Below, in pieces: positions 62,645-64,000 of a stretch of 64,000 nt of DNA (the first letter of the stretch is position 1; each line of letters begins with the position of its first letter). A program made the translations under genes and the position numbers. The DNA is from Camelus ferus (Eukaryota). Where the stretch lies: positions 930,001 to 994,000 of the forward strand of contig NC_045696.1 in assembly GCF_009834535.1 (NCBI RefSeq), in the 5' to 3' direction. Under the pieces are notes generated by a model, which was given only the letters and a program-made list of their open reading frames with translations, was not told the DNA's origin and did no database searches.

Positions 62645-63476
62645 CCAGAGCAGACTTCTCTCCTTCGCCTGAGCTCTCCGAGGAACCGGAGCCTTGGTAC
62701 CAGCAGAGGCCCTTTGTGCCCACCCGTCTCCTCGCGGAGTCCAGACGAATTTGGGTGAGTCTCTCCTGGATCTTGGGTCTCCCATATTGGTTGATGATCC
62801 TGAGTTTTATTTGGCGGTGTATCCAGGTACCTGGCCCCCGAGTTGAAAGATACTGGGGGGAATTACCCACCCTGTGGAGACATGCTGGGTGGGGCCTGGT
62901 TGAAAGATACCAGGAAATGCCCACCTTGAGGAGATGTCCGAGGTGGGGCTGGTGGAAAGACACTGGGGTCTGGACTGAGTGGTTAGGTAAGAGGCTGGTC
63001 TAACGCTTTCCTCAGTTTGGCTACCTCCATTAAATCCGTTGGGATAAAAGTAAAACTCTTATGAGAAACCTTTCACCTCCAAAAATGGGACCCTCCTCCT
63101 GGCTGGCAGCAGCCTTCTCGGGTGGCGGAGGCAACCTCGTGCCGTGCAGGTGTCCCTGCGGGAAACCTGATGCAGGTTTGTCTGACAGCCCGGCCTTAGA
63201 ACGGGGAAGTGAACTTTCAAAAAAAAAAAAAACAAAGAAAAAGAAAAGAAATGACAGATTGCCAGCCTCCAGCTAATACCCCAGCCAGGCTTATTTACCT
63301 ACAACACTTACAGCCTTAATGGGGAATTTAAAAAACCTCACTCTGAAAGTAACTAGCCAGGCCTGATAAAACATTTTCTGGAATCTGACCTTATAAAAAC
63401 AAAAGCCCCTTTGTGGGGAACCTGGATTTCTCTTCCTGTGTCCTTGAAATGTAGACATTCTGTGTTTCTCTGGGTG

Positions 63477-63536
<60 letters not shown>

Positions 63537-64000
63537 CCTTTTATTTGAAGGAAGGCTTGGACTCTGCCATGCAAAGGGTACAAGTATTGTGTGCATGTGG
63601 TGGCCAAGCAAATAAATTGGGATTCTCGGCGGTTCTTTGATTGTACCAATTCTCAGGCATTTTGCCATTTTGACCTTCATTGCATCAGCTGGGGCCACAA
63701 AGGACTTTACCTTTTGGGGAGTAAACTTTTGAAATTTATTTAGGCAACACCCCCCACTCTCATGTGGAAAAGCCTTTTCATCTTACTGGCTTAAGATCGC
63801 TATGCATGTATTAATTGAAGGCCATATGATGGATCCTTTAATGTGGAAAAGCTTCTAAATTGGTGAAAGTTAAGAGAGCTCTCATTATAAACAGCTGTTT
63901 TATTGGTACCTATTAAAATCAATCAAGTTTAAAGGTGGAAAAATATATCTAATGGTTAACCTAAGACCTTACTTTAAAAGAGGGAAAAGACCGGTTTGGA
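62645..64000 (+). mobile_element. ERV1 internal region (leader, Psi, decayed gag-like start); runs off the right edge
   Basis: Donor GG|GTGAGT at 62755, hairpin repeats at 62842-62970, ATGGGA at 63085, no long ORF. Confidence 0.75.
63480..63534 (+). repeat. (TG)n microsatellite
   Basis: Perfect run of about 27 TG units. Confidence 0.95.

Noticed and set aside
62842..62970. Short direct repeats with intervening sequence, superficially CRISPR-like
   Set aside because: The intervening segments are homologous to each other, the context is a mammalian ERV leader, and there are no cas genes.

Overview
Mammalian genomic DNA, probably camelid, judged from three copies of a tRNA-derived SINE resembling the camelid vic-1 family. 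I find no credible protein-coding exon: the ORF track is explained by high GC, simple repeats and decayed L1. The window has three zones. (1) About 1-15 kb is AT-rich and dense in L1, MaLR and L2 remnants; it looks like intron 1 of a minus-strand gene. (2) About 15.35-17.6 kb is a CpG-island promoter with four CCAAT boxes, many GC boxes and an ATG-less first exon ending in a perfect CAG|GTGAGT donor at 16349. The gene is not identified; PCBP3 is a context-based guess only. (3) About 17.6-64 kb is very GC-rich intergenic DNA with GC-drifted old repeats, a hAT-Charlie relic and an ERV1 solo LTR. At the right edge lies the 5' end of an ERV1 (MER41-like) provirus with LTR, tRNA-Arg PBS, splice donor and a decayed pair of gammaretrovirus-type GACG packaging hairpins. 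I do not see evidence for a new biological system. The most interesting signals are the fossil packaging hairpins, the sharp isochore boundary at the promoter with traces of AT-to-GC drift, and the promoter and intron-1 G-quadruplex architecture. Repeat family names and boundaries come from recognition by eye and need Dfam/RepeatMasker confirmation.
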